Source: a virus (lineage: Duplodnaviria; Caudoviricetes). Taken from it: 57,775 nt of DNA. Shown piece by piece: positions 35,409 to 44,292 of the stretch. The stretch lies in IMG/VR virus record IMGVR_UViG_3300033996_000257, positions 1 to 57,775 of that record. One strand, written 5' to 3'. Both the position numbers and the translations under genes were made by a program. Numbering within the stretch: position 1 is the first letter of the stretch; each line of letters opens with the position of its first letter. The notes below the pieces were generated by a model, which saw only the letters and a program-made list of their open reading frames with translations, was not told the DNA's origin and made no database searches.

Positions 35409-37610
35409 TTATCTCCGGCCATCAGGGCGTGTGTCAATTCGGGGGACGCCCAACTGCCAAGCTACACCCAAGTCGTTGGACACAATTTTGAACGCCATCT
35501 GACGGCCACGGATGCGCACAAACACCTGCTCAGTAAACTGCTGCACGGTAAAGTACCGCTGGTTCTGGTAGTTTTGTGTACTGGTTACAGTTGGAGCGTC
35601 TGCTGTGCCGTAGTTTGTACCGGGGAACTGGCGCGGGCGCACAGTGAAATCCAACGATGGGTTGTTCACCGTCGAGCCATCAAACGTCACATCGGGAATG
35701 ATACGAGTAACCAACCCAAAATTGTGCCCGTCACCAATGTCAAAGTCAGAGGACTGAACATAAGACTCAATAGCCGTCGGAGGGTTTGTTGTGCCATCAT
35801 CTGTGCCGTTCTCATGGTAGATCAGTTGGCCGTTGTAACCCGCCGCAATTGGCGTTGCCCGCAAGGGCGAGTCCAACCAGTATGTCCGCGCCAAAGTGCC
35901 GTAGTACCAAGTGCGCTCAAGGTGGTTGAAGATGACATACTTGTCCACAGTGGTTGAATTGGCAGAGCAGTAGAACCACCAGATTTCGTTGTAGCCCTCG
36001 TTGGTGCTGGCAAAGAACTGGAAAGACTGTGTGAGGTTGATGTCGTTGTACACATACTGGCGCAATGAGCAGGGCAGTGTCTCCACACGACCTGAGTACA
36101 TATAGAACTTGTCTGTACCCATCCAATAGGTCACGTTGTTGGCTGTAGCTACAGCATTTGGCCCGGCGATAGATATGTTGTTACCCATCAACTGGAAGCC
36201 CCACACATACGGTGGGCCAAGGTACTGCATGGAATAGATGGCGGAATCCGTTACCACCAAAATTTCTTGTCGTGTTTGTATAGCCGTAATTATTTGAGAC
36301 CCATCACTCAGGGTGTAGCTGCCTGCTTGGTTGGTGATTGCTGGAGCCCATGTGGCAATTGATTCTTGGTCAGACCAACGAATCAACATTGGATTTTGCA
36401 CAGTGCTGCCGTAGTCCGTGCAGCCAAAAGCAAGGACAAACCGCGACGAGTCGGACACCATCACAATGCTGGCAATAGTCGGGCAGGAAGAATCAATTGA
36501 AAGTGATCCTGCTTTGGTCACCACTGTGGCGCTTGGGCCAAGCAACTGCCCACGGTTAAATGTGTTTGGCGAAGCCGCATTGGCCCAGTAATACAGTGCG
36601 CCGCCGCGAGGATTGAACACCAAGTCCTCGCCAAAATTAGCCTGACTCCAAAGCCGCAGTTGTACCCCAACTCCTTGGCCAGCCGGTGCTGGAGAGCCCC
36701 AACCAGTGAAGGTAGTAGCCTGCACAACTGCTGCGTTATCAGCATGGGAAGCGGCTGCGCCTGAGCCCGGTGTACCACTGACACCGCGAGTACAGCCTGT
36801 AAATGTTGTGCCGGTTGTTCCGGTATAGGTGATTGTTTCTGAGTCAATCAACAGTGTGCCGGTCGGCGTAGAAAATCCTGCTGTTGAATCAACCGTGATT
36901 GTGGTGACGGCATTATTTATAGCCCCATTAAGCTGGTTTGTTGCAGTGCCCGTAATCAAACCGCCCCAAGTACCCGCGCCCCAGCCTACGTTCTGGGTAA
37001 ATATATCGTTGCCGGATGTAATCTGATACGTACCGACAACGGATGCCCCGCCATCCCCAGAGTCTCCTGCGGCAGCATTAACCGAAGCGGTGATGGTGTA
37101 GGTGTTGGAACTCAGGTACGTGATCTGAAACTCGGCGTTCAAAACGGTGGCGGTAATATTGCCACCCAAAGAAACTGCGCCGCTGTAGGTTACAAAGTCC
37201 CCAGTCTGAGCGCCGTGGCCCGGGTCGGTGACTGTAATCACTGGAGAACCATTGGTAGCGGCAAACGTAACTTCACCAGCAGTCGTGGTAGTTCGGATGG
37301 GGGTTACATCATAGACATTACCGCCTGTGCCGTTCTGGATGTAGTACTTGAGGTTGGTGCCCAGCGCCAGCAGGTTGTAGCCCGCCAGATTTAACCAATT
37401 CCACATGGCGCGACACACGCCCCAGTAGTCTCCGGCTGGCGGCTGCAAGGCAGATGCGTTTGCGCCGTTATCTAAAACCCAACCGCCGATTTTTTCGGGG
37501 TAGCCAGAACGAAACCGAACTTTGTCAGACTCAAACCATCCGCCCTCGTTGGCCAGTGTCGTGCCTTCGCGGTTGATGCCGGGTCTAAATTCAAGTTTCT
37601 GTAATGGCAT
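35409..37610 (-). CDS. Tail tubular / head stabilisation protein (P22 gp10-like)
   Basis: 733 aa beta-rich; KVRFRSG.PEKIGGW, IRWSDQE, DFDIGDG. Confidence 0.75.
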   Translation of the reverse strand: MPLQKLEFRPGINREGTTLANEGGWFESDKVRFRSGYPEKIGGWVLDNGANASALQPPAGDYWGVCRAMWNWLNLAGYNLLALGTNLKYYIQNGTGGNVYDVTPIRTTTTAGEVTFAATNGSPVITVTDPGHGAQTGDFVTYSGAVSLGGNITATVLNAEFQITYLSSNTYTITASVNAAAGDSGDGGASVVGTYQITSGNDIFTQNVGWGAGTWGGLITGTATNQLNGAINNAVTTITVDSTAGFSTPTGTLLIDSETITYTGTTGTTFTGCTRGVSGTPGSGAAASHADNAAVVQATTFTGWGSPAPAGQGVGVQLRLWSQANFGEDLVFNPRGGALYYWANAASPNTFNRGQLLGPSATVVTKAGSLSIDSSCPTIASIVMVSDSSRFVLAFGCTDYGSTVQNPMLIRWSDQESIATWAPAITNQAGSYTLSDGSQIITAIQTRQEILVVTDSAIYSMQYLGPPYVWGFQLMGNNISIAGPNAVATANNVTYWMGTDKFYMYSGRVETLPCSLRQYVYNDINLTQSFQFFASTNEGYNEIWWFYCSANSTTVDKYVIFNHLERTWYYGTLARTYWLDSPLRATPIAAGYNGQLIYHENGTDDGTTNPPTAIESYVQSSDFDIGDGHNFGLVTRIIPDVTFDGSTVNNPSLDFTVRPRQFPGTNYGTADAPTVTSTQNYQNQRYFTVQQFTEQVFVRIRGRQMAFKIVSNDLGVAWQLGVPRIDTRPDGRR

Positions 37611-37621
37611 TTTTGGCTCGC

Positions 37622-38086
37622 TTAAGCTACAAGACCGGGAAGATACTGTGTTTTACCAGCTACCTTGGTCGCAGTCAATTCTTGCTTTTTCAGGTTGTTC
37701 GGGTCGTACGACACATGAACCCACCCGCTATCAGGGATGCCGGGGGTGTAAAACTCCAGAATTAACTGCGTGTAGTCCAGATTATCCATGATCCACTGCG
37801 CCAAGTCAGCATTTGCGACACCGGGAATCTCAATATCGGCTGCTTGGCCCTTGCAGTGGTCAGAAGTCTTGGAGCCGCCCACAGCCGCATTTGACTCGGG
37901 ACTGCGGTAGCCTGAGTTCACCTTCACGCCCTTGCCGTAGTGGTCGCGCACGGGCTGAAGGACTTTCTCGCACAACAGGCGCAGGCTCGCAGTCTCGGCT
38001 TCGCCGGGGGTGTTATCCAAGTCCAGACGCAAAGCGGTCTCAGATTTGGTCAGTTCGTGGAGGGAAAAGTTAGCGGTCAGGTTCAT
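37622..38086 (-). CDS. Endolysin, peptidase M15A family
   Basis: SGYRS, SDHCKGQAAD, WVHVSY; no signal or SAR segment. Confidence 0.92.
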   Translation of the reverse strand: MNLTANFSLHELTKSETALRLDLDNTPGEAETASLRLLCEKVLQPVRDHYGKGVKVNSGYRSPESNAAVGGSKTSDHCKGQAADIEIPGVANADLAQWIMDNLDYTQLILEFYTPGIPDSGWVHVSYDPNNLKKQELTATKVAGKTQYLPGLVA

Positions 38087-38532
38087 TGGGCGCTCCTAGC
38101 GTTGTTGTAAAGGGTGATGCAGGCGTTGAGCTTTTCAATGGCTCGGTTGCCTTCGTCGGTTATGGCGACAAGAGCTTTAGCAGTCTCTCGGTCAAGTTCG
38201 GCTGATGCTTCTCCTCCACTATCTCCTGTGGGAGTGGCGGGATCTGGGGAGGCTGGTACGGGGCAGGTCGTTTTGACGCGCAGCTTGAGAGCGCCAGAAT
38301 CAATAGCAGCATCGCGCTGCTGTGTAGCAAGTTTGGCTTTTTCATGCGTCTTCCTCAATGCTTCAGCAGTGGTGGTTACGGCAGCGGCTAGAGCCTGTTC
38401 CTTGGCCCGTGCTTCGGTGTTCAGGCGGTCAACCTCGGCCTGTTGAATTTCTCTCTCAACATACTTGCCGTAGAAATACCCGCCGCCGAAGGTCAGCAGC
38501 AAGGCAATCAATCCAGAGAGTAAACCTTTCAT
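38083..38532 (-). CDS. Rz-like inner-membrane spanin
   Basis: N-terminal TM, coiled coil, LRV...C, L.AC. Confidence 0.85.
   Translation of the reverse strand: MKGLLSGLIALLLTFGGGYFYGKYVEREIQQAEVDRLNTEARAKEQALAAAVTTTAEALRKTHEKAKLATQQRDAAIDSGALKLRVKTTCPVPASPDPATPTGDSGGEASAELDRETAKALVAITDEGNRAIEKLNACITLYNNARSAQ
38160..38345 (-). CDS. Rz1-like outer-membrane lipoprotein spanin embedded in Rz
   Basis: Lipobox LSSC, Pro-rich mature part, alternate frame inside Rz. Confidence 0.8.
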   Translation of the reverse strand: MKKPNLLHSSAMLLLILALSSCASKRPAPYQPPQIPPLPQEIVEEKHQPNLTERLLKLLSP

Positions 38533-38852
38533 GGCTTGGGTGGCTCATCGTTGTCGTTAGCTTCGGCCTTGGCTACCGCATTGGCTACAGCTTTAATACC
38601 TGACCGACCTGCCACTCCGCCCAGAACGCCAGTGATGAACACCATGATGGTGCTAATCTGGCTTGTGTAAATCTTGTCGATTGGGGCCATGCCGGACATG
38701 GGTTGGGTGACGTAGGTCACCGAGTACAGGAACATGGCCATCGCTCCGAGCAGGATGCTGACCAGCACCACAATCACGAAAGCCCAGACACGCACCTCAA
38801 TCTCTTCGGCGGTCAGGCGGTTGTTTGTTTTGTAGGCAACAGTAGGCATCAC
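38529..38852 (-). CDS. Two-TM membrane protein, holin candidate
   Basis: Two hydrophobic helices; lies in the lysis cassette. Confidence 0.6.
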   Translation of the reverse strand: MMPTVAYKTNNRLTAEEIEVRVWAFVIVVLVSILLGAMAMFLYSVTYVTQPMSGMAPIDKIYTSQISTIMVFITGVLGGVAGRSGIKAVANAVAKAEANDNDEPPKP

Positions 38853-39031
38853 TTTTTCTCCTGTTCAGGTTTAACAAGTTGTTCGGGGCAAGTGCCAGTG
38901 GCAGTACAGATCGGGGGCTTGCACTCGGGGTTATTCCAGTTTGTCGGGTCTTGGCAAGCGTAACGGAAACGGTCTTCGCACCCGATCAAATACAGGGTTA
39001 TCAGAAATAGTATCGCTAGGCTTCTTTTCAC
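38849..39031 (-). CDS. Small Cys-rich lipoprotein
   Basis: GTG start, MKRSLAILFLITLYLIG-C lipobox, four further Cys. Confidence 0.7.
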   Translation of the reverse strand: MKRSLAILFLITLYLIGCEDRFRYACQDPTNWNNPECKPPICTATGTCPEQLVKPEQEKK

Positions 39032-39302
39032 GTTTTTCCCTTTCAATTTCACGCCTTAACCGCTCAAGCTTCTCAGTTTGCGTCTTCACTTCATGCTTGG
39101 CTTCCAAGATGTCCAAGTACAACATCCCGAGCACTGGGAGCATGAGGGCGACCAACACACAAGCAGCAATCCAGCCCATCACGTCTTCCCCAAACGACTG
39201 ACGAACAGGAGCCACAACCACAGGTAAAGGAGGAATAGGATAGTCGCTACGAGATACGCCGACTTTGCTTGGAAGTTTCTTTTTTCCTCCCGTCGTTGCC
39301 AT
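38931..39302 (-). CDS. Single-TM coiled-coil membrane protein
   Basis: WIAACVLVALMLPVLGMLYL followed by a coiled coil. Confidence 0.6.
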   Translation of the reverse strand: MATTGGKKKLPSKVGVSRSDYPIPPLPVVVAPVRQSFGEDVMGWIAACVLVALMLPVLGMLYLDILEAKHEVKTQTEKLERLRREIEREKREKKPSDTISDNPVFDRVRRPFPLRLPRPDKLE

Positions 39303-39874
39303 TGCTTGTACCTCTCCTGCGCCTCTTCCTTCAACCTTGCCTTTTCCTGCTCCTCCTGTATCACGCCACGCATCTCAAACACTTTGGAATACAGCGCACC
39401 CATTTCTGGTGGGGACTGATAAACCATCGTTTCCCTGATTGTCACTTCCAACGCAGCCATCTGGTCTTGAGCCATAACCCTCTTCAGGGCTGCTTCCATC
39501 AAGTTGGCATTGGGGTCGTAGACAGTCTGGCTCTTTTCTTCCTCCTGCCTTATGTGCGCCGCCAACTGCTCTTGCAGCTTGAAGAACTCAGTAAGCTGGC
39601 TGACAACATCCGCCATGACTTTGGATTCGTCAACAGCAACGTACTTTTCCTTCTTTTTCGCCACAGGCTTGGGCGTGGCAGGGGCGGGGGTTCCGCCAAA
39701 CATCTTGGCAAGTTTGCCCCAGAACCCATGAACTTCCTTGGCGATCCCAACAGCTTCATCAACTGTAGCCTTGACCTCCATGAAAGAAGTCTTGGCCTGC
39801 TTGTAAAGCTCGCACCCTTCCTTGATGGCGGCAACACAAGCATTTGCAGCAAAGAGGATGCTGATCGGATCAAT
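39179..39874 (-). CDS. Coiled-coil protein with C-terminal TM, probable ATT start
   Basis: GGAG-taagac-ATT GAT CCG ATC gives (M)DPISILFAANAC..., in frame with the 39179-39781 ORF. Confidence 0.65.
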   Translation of the reverse strand: MDPISILFAANACVAAIKEGCELYKQAKTSFMEVKATVDEAVGIAKEVHGFWGKLAKMFGGTPAPATPKPVAKKKEKYVAVDESKVMADVVSQLTEFFKLQEQLAAHIRQEEEKSQTVYDPNANLMEAALKRVMAQDQMAALEVTIRETMVYQSPPEMGALYSKVFEMRGVIQEEQEKARLKEEAQERYKQWQRREEKRNFQAKSAYLVATILFLLYLWLWLLFVSRLGKT

Positions 39875-39885
39875 GTCTTACTCCG

Positions 39886-41310
39886 TCAGGCGGTACGCTG
39901 CCACATGTAAACAACAATGTATGGCTGCAAGTTTGCGTTTGTTCCTGACACGCCAGATGATGTGACCGATGTTGATGCGGTAATGCCTGTGGTTGCTGAA
40001 TTTGTGCTGAAGGGGTTGCCCGGGTTTGAGTTTGAGAACATACCGTTTGCAGTCGTGCCGCCAGCATAGTTAACAGCAGTGGTGTGGAAGTGACCCGGAT
40101 CAGTAATTGAGGTGCTTGCCGTGTGAGTATGGCTAACAACAACTGCATCTGCGCTACCGCCTGTTGCGCCAGCAGAGAAACCGCCGCCGTTACCAATGAG
40201 CGTTCTGCCTGCGGCAAAGGCTGTCCATGTACCAAAGCCAAGGGACGTGCCGGGGTTGGTTGCAGATGTGCTGGAGTAGATTGCCCCAACAGGAAACAAC
40301 AAATTACCAACAAGCGTTGCAATTGCCGAAGCAGTGGTTACGCCTGTACCGCCTGAAGCCACTGCCAAAGTTGCAGACAGGCCAGCCGCTGTTCCAGTTG
40401 TATTTTGATTCAGCGTGGGGAATGTGCAGTTGGCGAGGTTGCCAGAGGCTGGCGTACCGAGCGCAGGAGCTGTCAGCACTGGGCTGGTCAAGGTCTTGTT
40501 AGTTAAAGTTTCCGAACCCGCCAAGGTCGCCAATGTGCCGGTTGTAGGCAATGTAATAGAAGTAGTGGCAGTTGAAGTCAGTGTTGTCGCAAACGCACCC
40601 GATGTGGTCAATGCCCCCGCAGTAGACACGTTTCCGCCAAGCGTAATTGTCCGACCGGTATTCGCTACGCCTGTACCGCCGTTTGCGCCGGGCAAAACAC
40701 CTGTGATGTCGCTGGTGCTGATGTCAACTTGATCCCAGCTTGTGTTTGTGCCGTCGGATTTCAGATACTTCCCGTTGGCGCTTCCTTGGCTCGGGGCCAA
40801 AGCATTGAAAGCCGTGTTGGCTGTAGTTTGCCCGGTGCCGCCGTTGGCAATAGCCAAAGTTCCAGTTAAATTTTGAGCTTGCAGCTCATTAAAGTTTGTG
40901 CCGTCAGACCACACCATGACTTTTGCGCCATTGGTCACCGTGACGCCTGTGCCCGCTGCGGTGGTGTTACCAATCACAGTCGAGTTGTAGAGGATCATCG
41001 AGTAACCGCTGTTGTTGTACACGATGTACTGCTTGGGCACCGGGGGAGCATAGACGTTGAACGCCGCGCCGGTAGTTGTTGTGAAGCGCAGCATGGCGTA
41101 CACAGACTGGTTCAATGCCGCAGTTGTGGTCGGGCCGTTCAAATAAGTCAGAGCTTGGCTGGCACTTGTGACACTGACGGTCTGATACCCGGCAATAGCG
41201 ACATCAAAAATGTTTGAAAAGTTGCCGTTTGTGGTTGCCCCCCACGCACCGGCTTGGTCTCCTGAACCAACTAACTCTACCCGAAGGCTGTTTGAATATG
41301 TGCTGCTCAT
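39886..41310 (-). CDS. Tail fibre-like protein with baseplate gp10-type C-terminal domain
   Basis: ANGGTG repeats, TLTNKTL, FPVGAIY...NP...GTW, NLQPYIVVYMWQRTA. Confidence 0.8.
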   Translation of the reverse strand: MSSTYSNSLRVELVGSGDQAGAWGATTNGNFSNIFDVAIAGYQTVSVTSASQALTYLNGPTTTAALNQSVYAMLRFTTTTGAAFNVYAPPVPKQYIVYNNSGYSMILYNSTVIGNTTAAGTGVTVTNGAKVMVWSDGTNFNELQAQNLTGTLAIANGGTGQTTANTAFNALAPSQGSANGKYLKSDGTNTSWDQVDISTSDITGVLPGANGGTGVANTGRTITLGGNVSTAGALTTSGAFATTLTSTATTSITLPTTGTLATLAGSETLTNKTLTSPVLTAPALGTPASGNLANCTFPTLNQNTTGTAAGLSATLAVASGGTGVTTASAIATLVGNLLFPVGAIYSSTSATNPGTSLGFGTWTAFAAGRTLIGNGGGFSAGATGGSADAVVVSHTHTASTSITDPGHFHTTAVNYAGGTTANGMFSNSNPGNPFSTNSATTGITASTSVTSSGVSGTNANLQPYIVVYMWQRTA

Positions 41311-41328
41311 AGCGTGTCCTTGATTGGG

Positions 41329-41700
41329 TTACGGCTTTACGGGCCATTCAATGGTTGAAGGAAATCCAAGTTGTTGAGGCACATCTCGCAACGCTTGGCG
41401 GTATGCGCCCCACTCAAGCGCTTTGGCACTACCCATTGCTGCTTGTGCATCTGCTAATTGTGACCAGTCTGATTCTGCCAAAAGACGGTCACGAGTAAAC
41501 CGCGCCTGTTCAGCAAGCTCAGTATCGCTTAAAGGTTCTGGGGCTACATACACCCAAGCGCCGTTTTCCCACTGATGGTTGGCATCTGGCCGCAAAGGTA
41601 CGGAAATAGTCCCTTCTGGATAGGAGTCCAATATTTCTTGGGGTACTTCACTGATTGCTTGCCAGTACCCTTGTTCTGGATGATAAAAACCGTACTCCAT
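41329..41700 (-). CDS. Tail fibre assembly chaperone
   Basis: RDRLLAESDWSQL.D, W..YRQALRDVPQQ.GFP..I.WP.KP. Confidence 0.88.
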   Translation of the reverse strand: MEYGFYHPEQGYWQAISEVPQEILDSYPEGTISVPLRPDANHQWENGAWVYVAPEPLSDTELAEQARFTRDRLLAESDWSQLADAQAAMGSAKALEWGAYRQALRDVPQQLGFPSTIEWPVKP

Positions 41701-44288
41701 TATCTTAACTCCGACACGAATTGAATACTTCCTGTACCTTGATAGTAGTGACTAGCAGGGACAACAAGAGTTACGTTGTATTGTTCGTACTGGCCTGCTC
41801 CGCCAGCGTTGTTTGCAGCAACGGTAATGAAGGATGACGTACTTGTTCCAACGTAAACACGGTTCTGACTTCCTTGCATGTTCCAAATAACAACTATTAC
41901 TCGACCTGTTGTATTTTGATACCACGTACCAGCCGCCCGTGACACGGTTTGCCAAGTTTGCCCAACACCCACACCTAAATTTTGCCCGGACAAAAATGTA
42001 GCTATTGCCGCTGCTGTACCTGAACGGTAGTAGTTATCCCCCGCCTTGACCATAACAGCGGAGACACCAGAACTTTGCGAGTTGTCGGTTGAGTTGAAAT
42101 AGTTGTTGAAGATGTAGCCGTTCGCATCAGTAGCAACGAGCCGATTGCCCACAATTGATGCCGTTGGCGTAAAGCCGTTAACGTTTGTGGTAGTGACGCT
42201 GCCTGAAAAATACGCGCTGCCGTTGCTAGTACAAAGCGCCCACTTTGGGGTGCCCGCCTCAAGACCAACGAAAGCCCACTGATCTGAAGGAATTCCCGCG
42301 ACGTTGCCCATTGGCCTTCCCGGGCCAGAGAAAGCATAGGCAACGCCGTACATGTTGTTGTAGCTTGTGGAAGTGGGAACGTAGACTCCACCAATACTGT
42401 AGATTACGCCCGTTGTGGAGATGCTTTCTGCGGAGGAGTAATCACCATTCAAATATCCTTGACCTGCGGCGGTGCGCTTGATTGCCCCAGCCACTGTCAA
42501 TGAACTGCGAAGAATATTTACAGCGCCATTGTGGTCAATGCTGATCGCCGTTTTTGCTCCAGTTGCATAACTGTCGGTTGTGGCAATGTACATCTTGGTT
42601 CCGTAAGCACCAGAACCTTGAACATAAATACCTGCTTGTGAGTTTGTACTTGTTGTACCGCCGTTCCATGTGATACCAGAGGCAAAATCTGCCGTAGTTT
42701 GCCCGTTGAAATGGATGCCGTAAGTGCCAAGTCCGGGAGTTGTTACGTTAAAAGCTGCTTGATATGCGGATTGAATACCGCTGGCCGCTGTTGCAGTTAC
42801 CGCTATTGCTGTTGTTGCAGTCGTTGCATTGCCAGTTGTATTTCCCGTGCCGCCATTGGCTACTGGGAGCGTTCCGCTGACATGCGTAGCCAAACCAATC
42901 TTGCCCCAGCTTGGAGCCGCAGCCACGCCGCCTGAGATCAGAGCGTTGCCAACAGCTACATCCGCGAGCTTGGCCAGAGATGTAGTCGTATCTGCGTATA
43001 GCAAATCTCCCACAGCGTAAGAGGACTGACCAGTACCACCATAAACAGCACCAATAGCTGTAGCGTTCCAAGTACCAGCAGTAAGAGTACCGACTCCAGT
43101 AACGCCCGTGTAGCTGCCAGACAGCCGAGAAGTGCCCAACGTACCAGAAGTAATGTTTGAAGCATCAGTTGTGTCCGTTGTTGCTGAAGCTGCCAAGCCT
43201 GAAACTGCCGCCGAAGAAATAGCAATACCTGTATTTGTGACCGATGTAACTTGGCCCTGCGCGTTGGTGACGAATACCGGGACGTTAGAGGCGGAGCCAT
43301 ACGTACCCGCCGTACCAGTGTTGGCAATATTGAATGTGTAGGACGGGGACTCACTCAGTCCTGTCCCTGCGGTATAGGTGATAGGGGCGGAAAACTGCTG
43401 GAAAATAATCGGTGTTGTGCCAATCGTTATGGGAGGAGCAGTCTGCTGTACCCAAGCGGTATTGACGTTAGCAGTTCCGCTGGTCACTAAGAAAAAGTCA
43501 CCCTCGTCAATCTGGTCAACGCCGGTTCCAACAGTATCCATGTCTGTTGATCGGGTCAGAATAAACGGCGCACCCGGCGATGAATTGCCCGCTTGAGTAA
43601 GCGTGTAAACGCCGTTGTGCGCTCCGTTTGCTTGATTCTTAATCAGAATCCGTGTTCCATCATCCGTGGGCGAAGTAAACGTATGGCCATCAACCGTCAA
43701 AGCGCCGTTAGCGTCTCCAGTCAGCGTGGCTCCTACCCCAGATGTGCCGTTGTTGTATGTACAGGCAGGTAACGCTGCGGTAGTTGCGTAGCCCACAGCT
43801 TCATGGAAGTGAATGCCGGATGCGATGGCGTCAGCGTATTCTTTGTTGACAATGTCGGTGTTGTTTACCGGGGTTGTGGTAATTGTGCCGGACGTGATAT
43901 TCGCAGTCGTGATGTTTGCAGTGCTTGCGCCCAGTGTGCCAATATCTAAAAGGGTTACAGCAGACCCTGCTGCATCTAAATACACCGCCCTTTCCGCTGG
44001 GTATGTACAAAACACATTTTTTGTTCCGGCGGCAAAATCAACCAAGCTGCCGGAATTGCTAGACTCAAAAACAGTGGTACGGCTTAATGTTGTGCCCGAA
44101 GCTGTGTATGTACCAACACCTACTTCCCAACTCCCCGTACCCGGGTCTGTAATTGCGTAATATGTGACGTTGCCGTCGCCAATAATTGCAAAAGTTTGAA
44201 AACCAAAAACCGCACCGTTAAGAGTCAGTGTTCCAGTGCCAGTTGTAGTGGTGGTTTCTTGAACTCTATCTTTGACTACGAGTGCCAT
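41700..44288 (-). CDS. Long tail fibre / receptor-binding protein
   Basis: MALVVKDRVQETTTTTGTG N-terminus, T/G/S-rich shaft, GVGQTWQ..R..GTWYQNTTGR tip. Confidence 0.85.
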   Translation of the reverse strand: MALVVKDRVQETTTTTGTGTLTLNGAVFGFQTFAIIGDGNVTYYAITDPGTGSWEVGVGTYTASGTTLSRTTVFESSNSGSLVDFAAGTKNVFCTYPAERAVYLDAAGSAVTLLDIGTLGASTANITTANITSGTITTTPVNNTDIVNKEYADAIASGIHFHEAVGYATTAALPACTYNNGTSGVGATLTGDANGALTVDGHTFTSPTDDGTRILIKNQANGAHNGVYTLTQAGNSSPGAPFILTRSTDMDTVGTGVDQIDEGDFFLVTSGTANVNTAWVQQTAPPITIGTTPIIFQQFSAPITYTAGTGLSESPSYTFNIANTGTAGTYGSASNVPVFVTNAQGQVTSVTNTGIAISSAAVSGLAASATTDTTDASNITSGTLGTSRLSGSYTGVTGVGTLTAGTWNATAIGAVYGGTGQSSYAVGDLLYADTTTSLAKLADVAVGNALISGGVAAAPSWGKIGLATHVSGTLPVANGGTGNTTGNATTATTAIAVTATAASGIQSAYQAAFNVTTPGLGTYGIHFNGQTTADFASGITWNGGTTSTNSQAGIYVQGSGAYGTKMYIATTDSYATGAKTAISIDHNGAVNILRSSLTVAGAIKRTAAGQGYLNGDYSSAESISTTGVIYSIGGVYVPTSTSYNNMYGVAYAFSGPGRPMGNVAGIPSDQWAFVGLEAGTPKWALCTSNGSAYFSGSVTTTNVNGFTPTASIVGNRLVATDANGYIFNNYFNSTDNSQSSGVSAVMVKAGDNYYRSGTAAAIATFLSGQNLGVGVGQTWQTVSRAAGTWYQNTTGRVIVVIWNMQGSQNRVYVGTSTSSFITVAANNAGGAGQYEQYNVTLVVPASHYYQGTGSIQFVSELR

Positions 44289-44292
44289 TTGC

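Noticed and set aside
39886-44288. Diversity-generating retroelement or invertible tail-fibre cassette
   Set aside because: No reverse transcriptase, invertase or template/variable repeat pair seen
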